Assembly: GCA_964655195.1 (NCBI GenBank)
Contig: CAZZLK010000021.1
Coordinates: 3,377-67,376 of the forward strand
Direction of reading: 5' to 3'
Source: an uncultured bacterium
GTDB lineage: Bacteria > DUMJ01
Length of the DNA stretch: 64,000 nucleotides
Part shown: piece by piece, positions 42,057 to 53,674 of the stretch
Layout of the letters: each line of letters starts with the position of its first letter
Position numbering within the stretch: position 1 is the first letter of the stretch
Made by a program: the position numbers and the translations under genes
The notes under the pieces: generated by a model
Database searches by the model: none
Seen by the model: only the letters and a program-made list of their open reading frames with translations
Told to the model about the DNA's origin: nothing

Positions 42057-42842
42057 TTATACCCCTCTCTTTATCCATTCTCTCAATAGAATCTCAAGAT
42101 CCTTACTTATCCTATTCCCCATCTCCAGGACTTCTCTGTGGGTTATAGGGGATAGGTCATCTCTATGCACATTAGTTATACTAGATATACCAACTACTTC
42201 CATCCCTAAACTCCTAGCTCTTATAACCTCCAGCACTGTAGACATACCAACGGCATCTCCTCCTATGGTCTTGAAGAATCTTATCTCTGCCGGTGTTTCA
42301 TATGTGGGCCCTTTTACCCCAACATAAACTCCCTCTTTTAGACTTATACCAAGTTCCTCGCCGATACTCTTTAATTGCTCCCTGAATCTATAAGAATAGG
42401 CATTCTTCATATCTACAAAATTTGGTCCTCCGACAAGAGGATTCTCTCCAGTAAGGTTTATATGGTCTTTTATAAGCATTATATCCCCCGGATTATAAGT
42501 ATCATTTATCCCTCCACTAGCATTTGTTATAACCAGGACATCGACACCCAAACCTCTAAGTATCTCTACAGGAAAGACTACCTCCTTTGGAGAATATCCC
42601 TCATATAGATGATATCTTCCCCTCATAATAATAACATCCTGATTCTCAACTTTAACAACATCAAGGCGTCCTTTATGTCCTGGTACTGCTGATAAGGGCA
42701 TATTTGGTATATCTCTATACTCTACAGAAAACAGAAGAGTCTGATTAAATATATCAAGCCCAGAGCCTAAAATAATACCTATCCTTTGGTTAAAACTGTA
42801 TCTCTCTTTAAGAAATTCCAATGTCTCTTTTATTCTATCCAT
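42057..42842 (-). CDS. punA: Purine nucleoside phosphorylase (PNP/MTAP family, PunA-like)
   Basis: N-terminus ..RIGIILGSGLD... Trimeric PNP-family blocks. 261 aa. Confidence 0.88.
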   Translation of the reverse strand: MDRIKETLEFLKERYSFNQRIGIILGSGLDIFNQTLLFSVEYRDIPNMPLSAVPGHKGRLDVVKVENQDVIIMRGRYHLYEGYSPKEVVFPVEILRGLGVDVLVITNASGGINDTYNPGDIMLIKDHINLTGENPLVGGPNFVDMKNAYSYRFREQLKSIGEELGISLKEGVYVGVKGPTYETPAEIRFFKTIGGDAVGMSTVLEVIRARSLGMEVVGISSITNVHRDDLSPITHREVLEMGNRISKDLEILLREWIKRGV

Positions 42843-43013
42843 TGTCTCCTCCTCTCTTTAATTATACCAAGTGAATAAAGGTCTTTCTTTCTGTTACACC
42901 TGTAGAACTTGACAAATAAAGTATAATTCAATATAAAACTACCTTTAGAGTTTTCAAGTGGGAGATTTTTTTTAAATTTTCCACAAGTTTTTTTGGTGGG
43001 AGAAAATAATAAA

Positions 43014-43030
43014 CTTATCCACAGGATAAG
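43014..43030. promoter_or_regulatory. Perfect palindrome CTTATCC-aca-GGATAAG in the punA/tdk divergent intergenic region
   Basis: 7-bp arms with a 3-nt spacer. Candidate operator for a nucleoside-salvage regulator. Confidence 0.35.
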
Positions 43031-43098
43031 CAATAAAACATTATAAAATAATACTTTCTGGCAAACCACCAGTCCTATAGCGAAACTTAAAAAATCTA

Positions 43099-43107
43099 TG
43101 ATATAAT
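43099..43107 (+). promoter_or_regulatory. Extended -10 TGaTATAAT 6 nt upstream of the tdk ATG; candidate leaderless promoter
   Basis: TG at 43099-100, TATAAT at 43102-107, ATG at 43114. No SD. Confidence 0.45.
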
Positions 43108-43113
43108 AAACTT

Positions 43114-43683
43114 ATGAGTACAGGATGGATAGAAGTGATATGTGGAAGTATGTTTAGTGGAAAGAGTGAAGAGCTAATAAGAAGAGTAAAACGAGCAGAG
43201 ATAGCCCGTCAGAAGGTACAGGTATTTAAGCCTGCTTTAGACAATCGATATGCAGACAGAGAGGTCGTCTCTCATGACGGCAATAAATTGTCTGCCTATA
43301 CTGTAGCAAGGGCTAGAGAGATAATCGAACTCCTTCTACCAGATGTCCAGGTAGTAGCTATAGACGAGGCTCAATTCTTTGATGACGAGATTGTAGATGT
43401 ATGTCAGATGCTGGCAGATAACGGAAAAAGAGTAATTATAGCAGGATTAGATCAGGATTTTAGAGGAGAGCCATTTGGACCTATGCCAAAACTACTGGCA
43501 GTTGCCGAGAGGGTCGATAAACTTCAGGCAATATGTATGGTCTGTGGTAAACCTGCAAGCAGGACCCAAAGACTCGTAAATGGCGAACCTGCATATTACG
43601 ATGATCCAACTATACTTATAGGTGCAGAAGACGTCTATGAAGCCAGATGTAGAGAGCATCATATAGTAAGAAGGAGGAAATAG
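43114..43683 (+). CDS. tdk: Thymidine kinase
   Basis: P-loop [16 protein letters not shown] and a C-terminal zinc ribbon [13 protein letters not shown]...C..H. Confidence 0.93.
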   Translation: MSTGWIEVICGSMFSGKSEELIRRVKRAEIARQKVQVFKPALDNRYADREVVSHDGNKLSAYTVARAREIIELLLPDVQVVAIDEAQFFDDEIVDVCQMLADNGKRVIIAGLDQDFRGEPFGPMPKLLAVAERVDKLQAICMVCGKPASRTQRLVNGEPAYYDDPTILIGAEDVYEARCREHHIVRRRK

Positions 43684-43684
43684 G

Positions 43685-44551
43685 ATGCAGATCGGAGGAC
43701 AGGCAGTAATAGAGGGAGTGATGATGAGAGGTCCAAATAGCTTCAGTGTAGCAGTAAGGACCCCTTCAAATGGGGTAAGGGTCCATAGGTTTAATACCAA
43801 AAGTATAGCGAATAGCAAGATTGGACGTATCCCCATCTTAAGAGGCTTCTTGGTATTGATAGATAGCCTTATATTAGGGATAAAGGCACTTAATATCTCT
43901 GCAGAAGAGTATGGTGGAGAGGATGTAAAACTCTCAAATATGGATATCTTTCTAGCTATGGTTATGGGAGTAGGTTTGGGAATATTACTCTTTATAGTAT
44001 TTCCAGCTTTTATAGCCAGGATGATACAGAACAGCATCTCGTCAGCCTTTCTTGTCAACATAATAGAAGGACTTGTAAGGATTGGGGTATTCATTATTTA
44101 TCTTTACTCTTTCTCCTTTATAAAGGATATAAGGAGAGTCTTTGAGTATCACGGGGCGGAGCACAAAGTAATCTTTACATATGAAAAAGGAGAGCCTCTT
44201 ACAGTAGACAATGCCATAAAAAATAGTAGGTTACATCCTAGATGCGGGACAAGTTTCCTTCTAATAGTGATGGTAGTCAGTATTCTGGTATTTTCTATCC
44301 TTGGGAAACAGACTCTGCTTTTGAGGATAGTCTCCAGAATAGCACTAATTCCGTTGGTAGCAGGGATATCATACGAAATGATACGGCTGACATCCAAATA
44401 CAGAGATTCAAGATTGGCAAAAATTGTAACATCTCCCGGGTTGGCTCTCCAATATCTTACCACTAGAGAACCTTCTTCTGATCAGATAGAAGTAGCTATT
44501 GAAGCTGTAAAATCAATATTGGCTCTAGAGGGTGTTCCATATGTGGGATAA
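43685..44551 (+). CDS. DUF1385-family membrane protein (YqhQ-like)
   Basis: N-terminus [17 protein letters not shown] typical of DUF1385. Several TM segments. Confidence 0.75.
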   Translation: MQIGGQAVIEGVMMRGPNSFSVAVRTPSNGVRVHRFNTKSIANSKIGRIPILRGFLVLIDSLILGIKALNISAEEYGGEDVKLSNMDIFLAMVMGVGLGILLFIVFPAFIARMIQNSISSAFLVNIIEGLVRIGVFIIYLYSFSFIKDIRRVFEYHGAEHKVIFTYEKGEPLTVDNAIKNSRLHPRCGTSFLLIVMVVSILVFSILGKQTLLLRIVSRIALIPLVAGISYEMIRLTSKYRDSRLAKIVTSPGLALQYLTTREPSSDQIEVAIEAVKSILALEGVPYVG

Positions 44552-45608
44552 GTTAGAAGAGATAGAAAAGAGGTATATAGAGTTAGAAGTATCTTTGGCT
44601 AAACCCGAAGTAATAGCAGATCAGGAGTTATTCCAGAATCTTGCCAAGACATACAGTGAACTCGGAGAGATCGTCAGTATATACAGGGAGTATAAAGAGG
44701 TAGAAAAAGAGATAAACGATCTAAAGTCGCTTTTGGATGATCCAGAGATTGGACCTATGGCAGAAGAAGAATTAGAAGAATTAGAGGAGAAGAAGGAAAA
44801 GTTAGAAGAAGAACTAAAGATTAAGCTTCTTCCTAAAGACTATCGAGATGAGAGAAACGTTATTATGGAGATAAGAGCAGGGACAGGGGGAGAGGAAGCT
44901 GCACTCTTTGCAGGAGACCTTCTAAGGATGTACCTTAGGTATGTGGAACGTAAGGGCTGGAAGGCAGAAATAATGAGCAGTAACCCGACGGACTTGGGAG
45001 GATATAAAGAGGTCATCCTTTCTATTCAGGGGAAAGGAGCTTATAGTAGATTAAAGTTTGAAAGTGGTGTCCATAGGGTTCAGAGAGTACCGATAACAGA
45101 ATCTGGCGGCAGGATTCACACATCTACAGCAACTGTTGCGATATTACCTGAGGCAACAGAGGTAGAGATAGAGATAAAACCGGAAGATATAAAGATAGAC
45201 ACATTTAGAGCTGGGGGGCATGGGGGACAGAATGTCAATAAGGTTGAAACCGCGGTAAGGATTACTCATATTCCAACAGGGATAGTTGTTACCTGTCAGG
45301 ACGAACGGTCCCAATATCAAAATAGAGAAAAGGCATTAAAGATACTGAGGGCGCATCTCTTAGAGATTAAGGAGAGGGAAAGGGAAAAGGAAGAAACTGA
45401 ACTTAGAAGAAGTCAGGTAGGTTCGGGTGAGCGTAGTGAAAAGATAAGGACGTACAACTTTCCCCAGAACAGGGTTACAGATCACAGGATAGGATTGACC
45501 CTCTATAACCTGCAGGATGTATTGGATGGGGATCTGGATGAACTTATAGATGCCCTTATAAGAGAATATCAGGTTGAGCAGTTGAAGAATTTATCACTTG
45601 CTAAATGA
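44532..45608 (+). CDS. prfA: Peptide chain release factor 1
   Basis: GGQ motif ([28 protein letters not shown]) and the PxT-region equivalent. Confidence 0.95.
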   Translation: MFHMWDKLEEIEKRYIELEVSLAKPEVIADQELFQNLAKTYSELGEIVSIYREYKEVEKEINDLKSLLDDPEIGPMAEEELEELEEKKEKLEEELKIKLLPKDYRDERNVIMEIRAGTGGEEAALFAGDLLRMYLRYVERKGWKAEIMSSNPTDLGGYKEVILSIQGKGAYSRLKFESGVHRVQRVPITESGGRIHTSTATVAILPEATEVEIEIKPEDIKIDTFRAGGHGGQNVNKVETAVRITHIPTGIVVTCQDERSQYQNREKALKILRAHLLEIKEREREKEETELRRSQVGSGERSEKIRTYNFPQNRVTDHRIGLTLYNLQDVLDGDLDELIDALIREYQVEQLKNLSLAK

Positions 45609-46438
45609 CCCTAGGAGATGTCTATAGAGAAGTTGTCAGTTTATTCAGAGGAAAGATTCCCAATAGTCATCTTGAAGCTATTCTTATTATCTCTTTAGCA
45701 TTAAATAAACCTAAAGAGTATATCTTAGCACATCAAGACCTAGAAATATCACCAGAAGAGATAAAAAGGATAGAAGAGCTTAGCAGTAAGAGAATTTCTG
45801 GGATCCCATATGCATATCTGAAAAAAGAAAAGGAATTCTTTGGTCTCAACTTCTATATAGAAGAAGGGGTATTAATACCAAGGCCAGAAACTGAGACCAT
45901 TGTGGAGGTAGTTTTGCAAGAAGGACCGTTTATAAGTGGACTGGACCTCTTCTCTGGAAGTGGTATAATAGGACTTTCTATCCTTTATTATGATGCCTGC
46001 AAAAGATTTCTGGGGGTAGATATATCTTCTAAGAGTATAGAGATCGCTGATATAAACGCCAGGAGGTTAGGGCTATCGGATAGGTATAGACTTATAAAAG
46101 CGGATGTTAGATACATCTCCTTTGATGAGGAGTTCGATCTTATAGTTGCAAATCCCCCTTACCTTCCGAATTCTGTGTGGGATTCTCTAGATCTAGAGGT
46201 AAAAAACGAGCCAAAAGAGGCACTCTTGGGTGGAGAAGACGGCTTAATCTTTTACCCTGAGATAGCCAGACTCATCTCTGAGAATCTGGCCGAAGGTGGA
46301 TTATTTGCGGTCGAAATAGGGGGAGATGAACAGGTAGATAGAGTAAAAGAAATTTTTGTGAGTTACAATATCAGAAGGATAAATGTAAAAGCAGACCTGG
46401 CTGGTATATCCAGAGTAATATGGGGGAGAAAAGAGTAA
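45605..46438 (+). CDS. prmC: Release factor glutamine N5-methyltransferase
   Basis: NPPY motif (IVANPPY) and a SAM-binding fold. Follows prfA. Confidence 0.9.
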   Translation: MTLGDVYREVVSLFRGKIPNSHLEAILIISLALNKPKEYILAHQDLEISPEEIKRIEELSSKRISGIPYAYLKKEKEFFGLNFYIEEGVLIPRPETETIVEVVLQEGPFISGLDLFSGSGIIGLSILYYDACKRFLGVDISSKSIEIADINARRLGLSDRYRLIKADVRYISFDEEFDLIVANPPYLPNSVWDSLDLEVKNEPKEALLGGEDGLIFYPEIARLISENLAEGGLFAVEIGGDEQVDRVKEIFVSYNIRRINVKADLAGISRVIWGRKE

Positions 46439-46439
46439 A

Positions 46440-47078
46440 GTGCTTATAATTAGACCTGAAGAAAATATAGAAACTCTTGCAGAGCTCCTTAGAGAGGGAA
46501 AATTGATAGCTTTCCCTACAGAGACAGTCTATGGCTTAGGGACCAATGCTCTTATAAAAGAGAGCGTCTACAAGATTTATGAGGTAAAAGGGAGAAAGGA
46601 AGAGAAACCATTAAGTCTACATATAGGTACCTTTGAGGGTCTAGAAGAAATAATTGAGCTCGATCCTTTTATCAAAAGACTCCTACTTCAATTTTTCCCT
46701 GGACCAATAAATATAATTGCGAAGAAAAAAAGTAATATTCCTGAATGGATAGGAAAAGGAGATACCTTGGGCGTAAGATTCCCTTCCCTTTTCATATGTC
46801 AGAAATTACTCAGACTAGCAAAAGTACCGGTGGTGGCTACAAGTGCCAATATATCAGGAGGCGAAGAGCCCAAGAGCGCAGAAGATGTAATAAGGATGAT
46901 AGGAGAAAAGATAGATGGAATACTTGATGCTGGGCCCGTCCCTTTAGGACGACCCTCTACAGTGGTGAACATTTCTAGCGGTACTATAGAGATTATAAGG
47001 GAAGGTCCTGTAGATAGAAAGACGCTAGAGGGTATAATAGAGGAATTAAAGATTAGAGAAAAATCGGAGGGAATATGA
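46440..47078 (+). CDS. tsaC: L-threonylcarbamoyladenylate synthase (YrdC/TsaC, short form)
   Basis: Motif ..KLIAFPTETVYGLGTNAL...TSANISGG.. of the YrdC/Sua5 fold. GTG start. Confidence 0.85.
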   Translation: MLIIRPEENIETLAELLREGKLIAFPTETVYGLGTNALIKESVYKIYEVKGRKEEKPLSLHIGTFEGLEEIIELDPFIKRLLLQFFPGPINIIAKKKSNIPEWIGKGDTLGVRFPSLFICQKLLRLAKVPVVATSANISGGEEPKSAEDVIRMIGEKIDGILDAGPVPLGRPSTVVNISSGTIEIIREGPVDRKTLEGIIEELKIREKSEGI

Positions 47079-47524
47079 AAGTAGCTATTGGAAGCGATCA
47101 TGCCGGCTTTAAACTGAAAGAGGAATTAAAGATCTATATAACCTCTCTCAATGTTGAAGTGAAAGACTTTGGATGTCACTCAGAGGATTCGGTAGACTAT
47201 CCTGATATAGCTAGAGAGGTTGCTTTAAGTGTAGCAAGAGGAGAAGTAGATAAAGGGATTCTTATATGTGGAACAGGGATAGGTATGAGTATAGCAGCTA
47301 ATAAGATTAAAGGGGTGCGGGCAGCTGTAGGTAATGAGCTACTCTCAGTGAGGCTTGCTAGAGAACACAACAATGCGAATGTACTTACCCTAGGGGCAAG
47401 AATTATCGGGATTGAGGTTGCCAAAGAGGCAGTTAAAGTATTCCTAGAAACCCAATTTTTGGGTGGAAGACATCAGAGAAGAATAGAGAAAATAGGAGAA
47501 ATGGAGGGATTAAGATGTATCTAG
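47075..47524 (+). CDS. rpiB: Ribose-5-phosphate isomerase B
   Basis: Motif [16 protein letters not shown]...[14 protein letters not shown]. Confidence 0.9.
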   Translation: MKVAIGSDHAGFKLKEELKIYITSLNVEVKDFGCHSEDSVDYPDIAREVALSVARGEVDKGILICGTGIGMSIAANKIKGVRAAVGNELLSVRLAREHNNANVLTLGARIIGIEVAKEAVKVFLETQFLGGRHQRRIEKIGEMEGLRCI

Positions 47525-48756
47525 AGGTGGTTGATCCAGAGATATTTAACGCCATAAGGGGAGAAAGAATAAGAGAAGAAACAACATTAGAATTGATAGC
47601 CAGCGAAAACTTCACCAGTCTTGCAGTATTGGAAGCTCAAGGTTCTCTGCTTACCAACAAATATGCAGAAGGTTATCCAAAGAGAAGGTATTATGGTGGA
47701 TGTCAATGGGTTGATGTGATAGAGCAGTTAGCTATTGACAGGGCTAAGGCTCTGTTTAAAGCTGAGCATGCAAATGTTCAACCTCACTCAGGTTCTCAGG
47801 CAAATATGGCTGTATACTTTGCCGTTCTAAATCCTGGAGATACTGTACTGGGAATGAATCTATCCCATGGAGGACACTTAACTCATGGTAGTCCAGTTAA
47901 TATATCGGGAAAATATTTCAAGTTTGTCTCATATGGGGTTAATCCAGAGACAGAGACAATAGACTACGACCAGGTTAGAGATATAGCCAGAGAGACAAAG
48001 CCAAAACTTATAGTAGCAGGAGCAAGTGCCTATCCAAGGATTATAGACTTTGGGAAATTCTCAGAGATAGCTAAAGAAGTTGGGGCTCTATTAATGGTTG
48101 ATATGGCACATATTGCCGGACTTGTGGCAGCTGAGATTCATCCTAGTCCTGTCCCGTGGGCGGAATTTGTCACGACCACTACCCATAAGACTTTAAGAGG
48201 TCCAAGGAGTGGCCTTATACTCTGTAAATCTGAGTATGCCAAAGCTATAGATAAGGCTATATTCCCAGGAACCCAAGGAGGTCCACTTATGCACATTATA
48301 GCAGCAAAGGCAGTAGCGTTGAAAGAAGCAATGACTTCAGAGTTCAGAGCTTATCAAAATCAGATAGTAAAGAATGCAAAGGTATTAGCAGAGACCTTGT
48401 TGGAGAATGGTTTCAGGCTTGTCTCAGGTGGAACTGATAACCATCTTATGTTGGTAGATGTAAGACCATTTGGCTTAACGGGTAAAGAGGCTGAAAGATT
48501 ATTAGAAGATATTGGTATTACCGTTAATAAGAATGCGATTCCCTTTGATCCACAGCCACCCACAATCTCCAGTGGGATTAGAATAGGTACACCTGCAGTA
48601 ACAACGAGAGGGATGAAAGAATCTGAGATGAGAGAGATAGGAGATATAATAGCTAAATGTTTAAGGAAAGAAGAAGATAAAGAGGTCCTGAAGGGTAGAG
48701 TTAGAGCCCTATGTGAGGCTTATCCCCTGTTCTATAAAGATATCGGAATAGTCTAA
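47515..48756 (+). CDS. glyA: Serine hydroxymethyltransferase
   Basis: PLP-Lys block ..[12 protein letters not shown].. and a typical SHMT N-terminus. Confidence 0.95.
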   Translation: MYLEVVDPEIFNAIRGERIREETTLELIASENFTSLAVLEAQGSLLTNKYAEGYPKRRYYGGCQWVDVIEQLAIDRAKALFKAEHANVQPHSGSQANMAVYFAVLNPGDTVLGMNLSHGGHLTHGSPVNISGKYFKFVSYGVNPETETIDYDQVRDIARETKPKLIVAGASAYPRIIDFGKFSEIAKEVGALLMVDMAHIAGLVAAEIHPSPVPWAEFVTTTTHKTLRGPRSGLILCKSEYAKAIDKAIFPGTQGGPLMHIIAAKAVALKEAMTSEFRAYQNQIVKNAKVLAETLLENGFRLVSGGTDNHLMLVDVRPFGLTGKEAERLLEDIGITVNKNAIPFDPQPPTISSGIRIGTPAVTTRGMKESEMREIGDIIAKCLRKEEDKEVLKGRVRALCEAYPLFYKDIGIV

Positions 48757-48761
48757 AACCC

Positions 48762-50657
48762 GTGAGATTCTTTAGAGTTATCATAATATCAGTTATTCTA
48801 ATACTGTTTTTATATACTGATCTTTATGCCCAGAGCTTAGTTGATCAGATTTTTATAGCTCCTGGGTTGAATTATACCGTCTCCAAAACAGATAATCTTC
48901 CTTTGATCATCCATACTGTAGAGGTGGATCTTACAAGTCCTTTCATAAAACTGGAGACTTCTCTTGCCAAAGATACTCTTATGCAGAGGGAAGTTTTGAG
49001 TTCTATAGCCAAGAGAAACAGGGCAACTCTAGCTATAAATGGAGATTTTTTCGATCCGAATACAGGGATGATAATAAATTTTATGGTGACTAATGGAGAG
49101 CTTATCAAACTGCCAATTGCTAGAGGAGCCTTTGCCATCACCAGAGATGGAAGGCCCATCATTTCTCTATTTAGTCTTGATATCAATATAGAAACTAAAT
49201 ATGGAGTTATTCCGATAACCAACTTAAATACTCCGAGAGGTGGTAATGAGGCAGTGCTATTTACAGATAAATTTGGTAAAAGTACAACAATATCAAATGG
49301 AGCCTTCGCCGGAATAGATATAGAGCTTCTAGATTTTTCTCAACCTCTACCTGCCTCCGGGGTGATAACGGCAAGGGTAAGAAATATATTTTATGGTACA
49401 AGTAGTTCTATTATACCAGCTAAGGGCGGTATTCTATCTCTCGGAGGAAGAGCCCTTACGTATCTTCCCTATCTAAAGCCAGGCGATGAGGTAAGAATAG
49501 TCACAAGACTAAATCCTCCCGTCGACATCTTACAGGCTATAGGTGGAGGGGCGATTCTGTTAAAAGATGGTAACATAGTCTTCGGGTCTACTGGTGAACA
49601 ACCCCTTTCTCAGGAGATAACTGAGAGGAAAAATCCAATAACAGCAGTAGCAATAGACAGCAATGATAAAGCCTACTTCTTGGTGATTGATGGAAGAAAT
49701 CCTCGGAGTGCTGGTATGACCTATTTGGAGTTGGCAAATTATCTAAAAACTATCGGTATGAGAGATGCTTTAACACTAGATGGTGGCGGTTCTAGTCAGA
49801 TAGTAATTAATGACAACATAATGAATACCCCTTCAGACGGAAGAGAAAGGGCGATAGCTAACGCGATTATTGTAAGAACATCTGTACTTTCAGGAGAAGC
49901 CAGATTACTCTCCTTACACCCCAAACGACTGACTATAAAAGAGGGAGATACCTATAGTTTCAGATTACTCTTGCAGGATATATATGGGAATACATTTCCC
50001 ATTGATCAAAAGAAAGTTATATGGAAGTTGGAGGGTTTAAACGGAAAAATTACAGATGACGGAACTTTTTATGCCAATATTTCTAGCAGCGGGAAAGTAA
50101 TCGCCGAGCTTAATGGATTAAGGGCAGAATCAGAAGTTACTATTGTTTCAGTACAAAGGTCCTCTAAAATACTAGAGGACTTTGAAAACAACTTCCTAGT
50201 CTCTATATCTGGAAGTGGTTTTGATTTTAACCAGACCAAGGTATCCATCTCAGATTCTCAATATATAAGTGGTAGAAGGTCGCTAAGGCTTGACTACTCT
50301 CTAACAAAGGGAGCTACAAGTTTTGTATATATAAATCTCAATATCCCAATACCAAAAGAAGGTAGAAAGATCGGTCTATATGTATACGGTGACAACAGTG
50401 GTCACTGGCTAAGGGGATTATTTAGAGATAGCTATGGAAGATTATGGGTAGGGAATTTTACTTCCGCTACTAAAGGAATAGACTGGGAAGGATGGAGATA
50501 TCTAGAACTGGATTTGTCCAGTTTGGAGGTCTTTAGTGGGGATAAAAGTGTCACGCCTGAGCCTCCCCTAGAGTTAATCCAGATGTACCTGGTAGAATTA
50601 AAGGAGGAGAGGAAGAACCAGGGGACCATATATATAGACTTGATACAAAGTCTGTGA
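48762..50657 (+). CDS. Secreted phosphodiester glycosidase-family (DUF2233) protein with C-terminal Ig-like domain
   Basis: Signal peptide. AINGDFF and GGGAILLKDG motifs of the DUF2233/NAGPA-like family. A Big_2-like segment follows. Confidence 0.6.
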   Translation: MRFFRVIIISVILILFLYTDLYAQSLVDQIFIAPGLNYTVSKTDNLPLIIHTVEVDLTSPFIKLETSLAKDTLMQREVLSSIAKRNRATLAINGDFFDPNTGMIINFMVTNGELIKLPIARGAFAITRDGRPIISLFSLDINIETKYGVIPITNLNTPRGGNEAVLFTDKFGKSTTISNGAFAGIDIELLDFSQPLPASGVITARVRNIFYGTSSSIIPAKGGILSLGGRALTYLPYLKPGDEVRIVTRLNPPVDILQAIGGGAILLKDGNIVFGSTGEQPLSQEITERKNPITAVAIDSNDKAYFLVIDGRNPRSAGMTYLELANYLKTIGMRDALTLDGGGSSQIVINDNIMNTPSDGRERAIANAIIVRTSVLSGEARLLSLHPKRLTIKEGDTYSFRLLLQDIYGNTFPIDQKKVIWKLEGLNGKITDDGTFYANISSSGKVIAELNGLRAESEVTIVSVQRSSKILEDFENNFLVSISGSGFDFNQTKVSISDSQYISGRRSLRLDYSLTKGATSFVYINLNIPIPKEGRKIGLYVYGDNSGHWLRGLFRDSYGRLWVGNFTSATKGIDWEGWRYLELDLSSLEVFSGDKSVTPEPPLELIQMYLVELKEERKNQGTIYIDLIQSL

Positions 50658-50699
50658 TATATTTATCTAAAAATCCTTGCCAGAAAGGGGGTGATAATG

Positions 50700-51284
50700 A
50701 TGAGAAAGGGAAAGGTACAGTATTATAATACGCTGTACCAAATAACTAGAACCATTACTTCTACCTTGGATTTAGATGAAGTCTTGAAACTGATCACAGA
50801 AAATACCGTTAAAACTATGGGAGTAAAAGCCTGTTCCATAAGGCTTATAAATGAGGACAAGAAGACTCTCAGAATAGCATCAGCCTATGGTTTAAGCGAA
50901 GATTATCTAAAGAAAGGTGCAGTAGAGATAGATAAAAGTCTTATCGATGCAGAAGTTCTAAAGGGCAACATAGTTAAGATCAAAGATGCCACAACTGATC
51001 CAAGATTCCAATATCCAGAAGAGGCTAAAAAAGAAGGAATAAAGTCTGTACTCTGTGTTCCCCTACAACTTAAGGACAGAATAATAGGTGTTATGAGAGT
51101 ATATACAGATAAACCCCATACTTTTGCGAAGAGCGAAGTTGAATTTCTTACCGCTTTAGCAAATTCTGCTGCCATAGCTATAGAGAATGCAAGACTCTAT
51201 GACCTCCTGCGTAGAGAATATAGCAAACTTTACAATGACTTTATGCAGTGGTATGATTCATGGAGTGTAGCGGTTAGTAGATAA
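50700..51284 (+). CDS. Stand-alone GAF-domain protein
   Basis: GAF fold (..ACSIRLINEDKKTLRIASAYGL...LCVPLQLKDRIIGVMRVY..). Start placed at ATG 50700, 5 nt after GGGGGTGA. The track's GTG at 50691 lies inside the SD. Confidence 0.65.
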   Translation: MRKGKVQYYNTLYQITRTITSTLDLDEVLKLITENTVKTMGVKACSIRLINEDKKTLRIASAYGLSEDYLKKGAVEIDKSLIDAEVLKGNIVKIKDATTDPRFQYPEEAKKEGIKSVLCVPLQLKDRIIGVMRVYTDKPHTFAKSEVEFLTALANSAAIAIENARLYDLLRREYSKLYNDFMQWYDSWSVAVSR

Positions 51285-51306
51285 GAATTTTAAAGAGGAG
51301 GCATCT

Positions 51307-52626
51307 ATGAAGTTATTTATCGTTCTTTTTCTAGCTATTTCAATGCTTGTGCTGTACGGTATTACTTACTCAGATGAGCTTACTATAGAGGATATTGGTA
51401 AGAACTTTGTAAGTCTTTTAGCCAAAGGAGACTTTGCCAGAACAAGTAATTTCTTTACTAAAGAGCTGGCACAAGCTATTCCTAAAGAAACGTTAGAATC
51501 CATATGGAAGGGTATTCTCTCTACCATGGGTAAATTTAATGGTATCATCGATATAAAAATTACCGAAATTCAGGGATATAAGGTATCTATTTTGACCTGC
51601 GACTTTGAACTTGGCACTCTGGGAATACAGATAGTACTAGACCATGAATCAAAGATTGCCGGCTTATACTTCTTGCAGCCACAATTTAAGGCTACTTATA
51701 AGATACCTCCATATGTGACCCCGGATAGTTATACGGAGATAGAAGTAACCATCGAATCTAACGGCTGGAAATTACCAGCTACCTTGACGTTACCTAGGGG
51801 TGAAAAATCCTGCCCCGCAGTGATTTTGGTTCATGGCTCTGGGCCTCAAGATAGAGATGAAACCATAGGACCTAATAAACCTTTTAAAGATCTAGCACTA
51901 GGACTAGCTTCCAAAGGGATAGCTGTTTTAAGGTATGAAAAAAGGACTAGATATTATGGAGAAAAGGCTTTAGTAGAAGGTTTTACTGTAAAAGAAGAGA
52001 CTATAGAAGATGCTATTAGTGCTATAGAATTACTCTATCAGAGAAAAGAGATAGACAAGGATAGGATATTTCTCCTAGGACATAGTTTAGGGGGTATGTT
52101 AGCTCCAAGAATAGCAGAAAGAACAGATAAGTTGAGAGGTATCATTATCCTAGCTGGAACGATCAATGATTTACTAGAACTTATACCTAAGCAGGCAAGA
52201 TATCTTGCCTCTTTAGATGACAAGATAACCGAGGAGGAAAAAAGAGAGATAGAAGAAATAGAGAATCAGGTAAATAAGGTCAAATCTCAGGAGATAGAAA
52301 GAAACGAATCTATCCTAGGAGCCCCAGGTTCTTACTGGTTAGACCTAATGAGTTATGACCCCTTAAAGACTCTTAAAGGGATGACTATCCCAGTGCTTAT
52401 ACTTCAGGGAGAAAGAGATTTTCAAGTTACTCTAGAGGAATTTAATATCTGGAAAAATGAGCTAAAGGATAAGCCCAATGTATCCTTTAAACTCTATAAA
52501 GGACTGAACCACCTGTTCATCTCTGGAGAGGGGAAATCAAGCATTGAGGAATACTATAAATCGGGAAATATACCGGAGGAGGTAATAGAGGATATAGCCA
52601 GATGGATCTTATCTATTCAGCCTTAA
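51307..52626 (+). CDS. Secreted alpha/beta-hydrolase (DUF3887-like N-domain plus serine hydrolase)
   Basis: Signal peptide. Nucleophile elbow GHSLGG. Acid/His region near the C-terminus. Confidence 0.65.
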   Translation: MKLFIVLFLAISMLVLYGITYSDELTIEDIGKNFVSLLAKGDFARTSNFFTKELAQAIPKETLESIWKGILSTMGKFNGIIDIKITEIQGYKVSILTCDFELGTLGIQIVLDHESKIAGLYFLQPQFKATYKIPPYVTPDSYTEIEVTIESNGWKLPATLTLPRGEKSCPAVILVHGSGPQDRDETIGPNKPFKDLALGLASKGIAVLRYEKRTRYYGEKALVEGFTVKEETIEDAISAIELLYQRKEIDKDRIFLLGHSLGGMLAPRIAERTDKLRGIIILAGTINDLLELIPKQARYLASLDDKITEEEKREIEEIENQVNKVKSQEIERNESILGAPGSYWLDLMSYDPLKTLKGMTIPVLILQGERDFQVTLEEFNIWKNELKDKPNVSFKLYKGLNHLFISGEGKSSIEEYYKSGNIPEEVIEDIARWILSIQP

Positions 52627-53674
52627 GCAGTTTACTTCCAAATATAAAGACAAATGTAAAAAATGCGATAGTCATACCAAGAGATGTATTCAAAACAAAT
52701 GCGATAGTTCCACTCTCCACTCCGGTAGAGATTCTTATACTTCTGGCTATATAGCCAAGTGGCAGTATCTCCCCAATCCTTCTGAGATATTTTGGAAGAA
52801 ATTCTAATGGGAAGTATACTCCAGAAAAGAAGATCATAACTGTCATAAGTAAGGAGCCCACATTTCCAGCCACACTAGGCTCAGTAAAGATACTGCTTAT
52901 TAGTATCCCCAAAGCCATCATTCCAAGAATACTGGTACTGGCAGTAATAAGATACAATGTCCAGTTTATACTGAACTGAACCTTGAATACTAGCTGGGAA
53001 AATAACAGTACCGCTGTTGCTGAAAGGATAGTAACTACAAATCTACCCAATATCATTCCCACTATAAACTGGTATCCTCTTATAGGAGTAACATTAAATC
53101 TCTTGAGTATTCCTCTCTTTTTATAGTCGCAGAAGATTGAAACCATAGAGAATAGGGCACCATTAAAGATAGAAATTGCCACTACTCCGGGTATCATATA
53201 CCCAAGCTGTGTAGTCACAACCTTCCCAGGCTCTATAGCATTTAGGTTTAGATCCATTATCTTATCGATCCTTAAATTACTCTTGGTGAGCCGATCGGCT
53301 ATAGTCTCCCCTAACATCCTACTAAAAGGATTCCTCTGCATAGTAGTAAGATTCAGTATAAGTCTGAGCTTATCACCATCATAAATTGCTCCTGCATCTA
53401 TACTACCATTAATAATAGCCAGTTTGATACTCTCAATACTGTCAAACCCTTTAGCCTCTAAGTTATCTATGTTGTTTATCACCTCAAGGAGTCTCTTATC
53501 AGATGACAGTACTCCTACTAGAAGTTTATTGTCGCCTCCCGATGAACCCATGCCAAATACAAAGCCAAATATAATGACAAACATAAATGGAAATATTAAG
53601 GTGAAAAAGAATGTCATCCTATCCCTGTAAAAGGTCTTAATTGTAGCCAGAAAAAGTTTCCATATGACTCTCAT
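52613..53674 (-). CDS. ABC-2 family transporter permease
   Basis: N-terminal TM, large extracytoplasmic loop, then five C-terminal TM helices. Adjacent to an ABC ATPase. Confidence 0.7.
   Translation of the reverse strand: MRVIWKLFLATIKTFYRDRMTFFFTLIFPFMFVIIFGFVFGMGSSGGDNKLLVGVLSSDKRLLEVINNIDNLEAKGFDSIESIKLAIINGSIDAGAIYDGDKLRLILNLTTMQRNPFSRMLGETIADRLTKSNLRIDKIMDLNLNAIEPGKVVTTQLGYMIPGVVAISIFNGALFSMVSIFCDYKKRGILKRFNVTPIRGYQFIVGMILGRFVVTILSATAVLLFSQLVFKVQFSINWTLYLITASTSILGMMALGILISSIFTEPSVAGNVGSLLMTVMIFFSGVYFPLEFLPKYLRRIGEILPLGYIARSIRISTGVESGTIAFVLNTSLGMTIAFFTFVFIFGSKLLKAE

Noticed and set aside
43492-44094. 200-aa - strand ORF spanning the tdk/DUF1385 junction
   Set aside because: Antisense to two supported genes; spurious.
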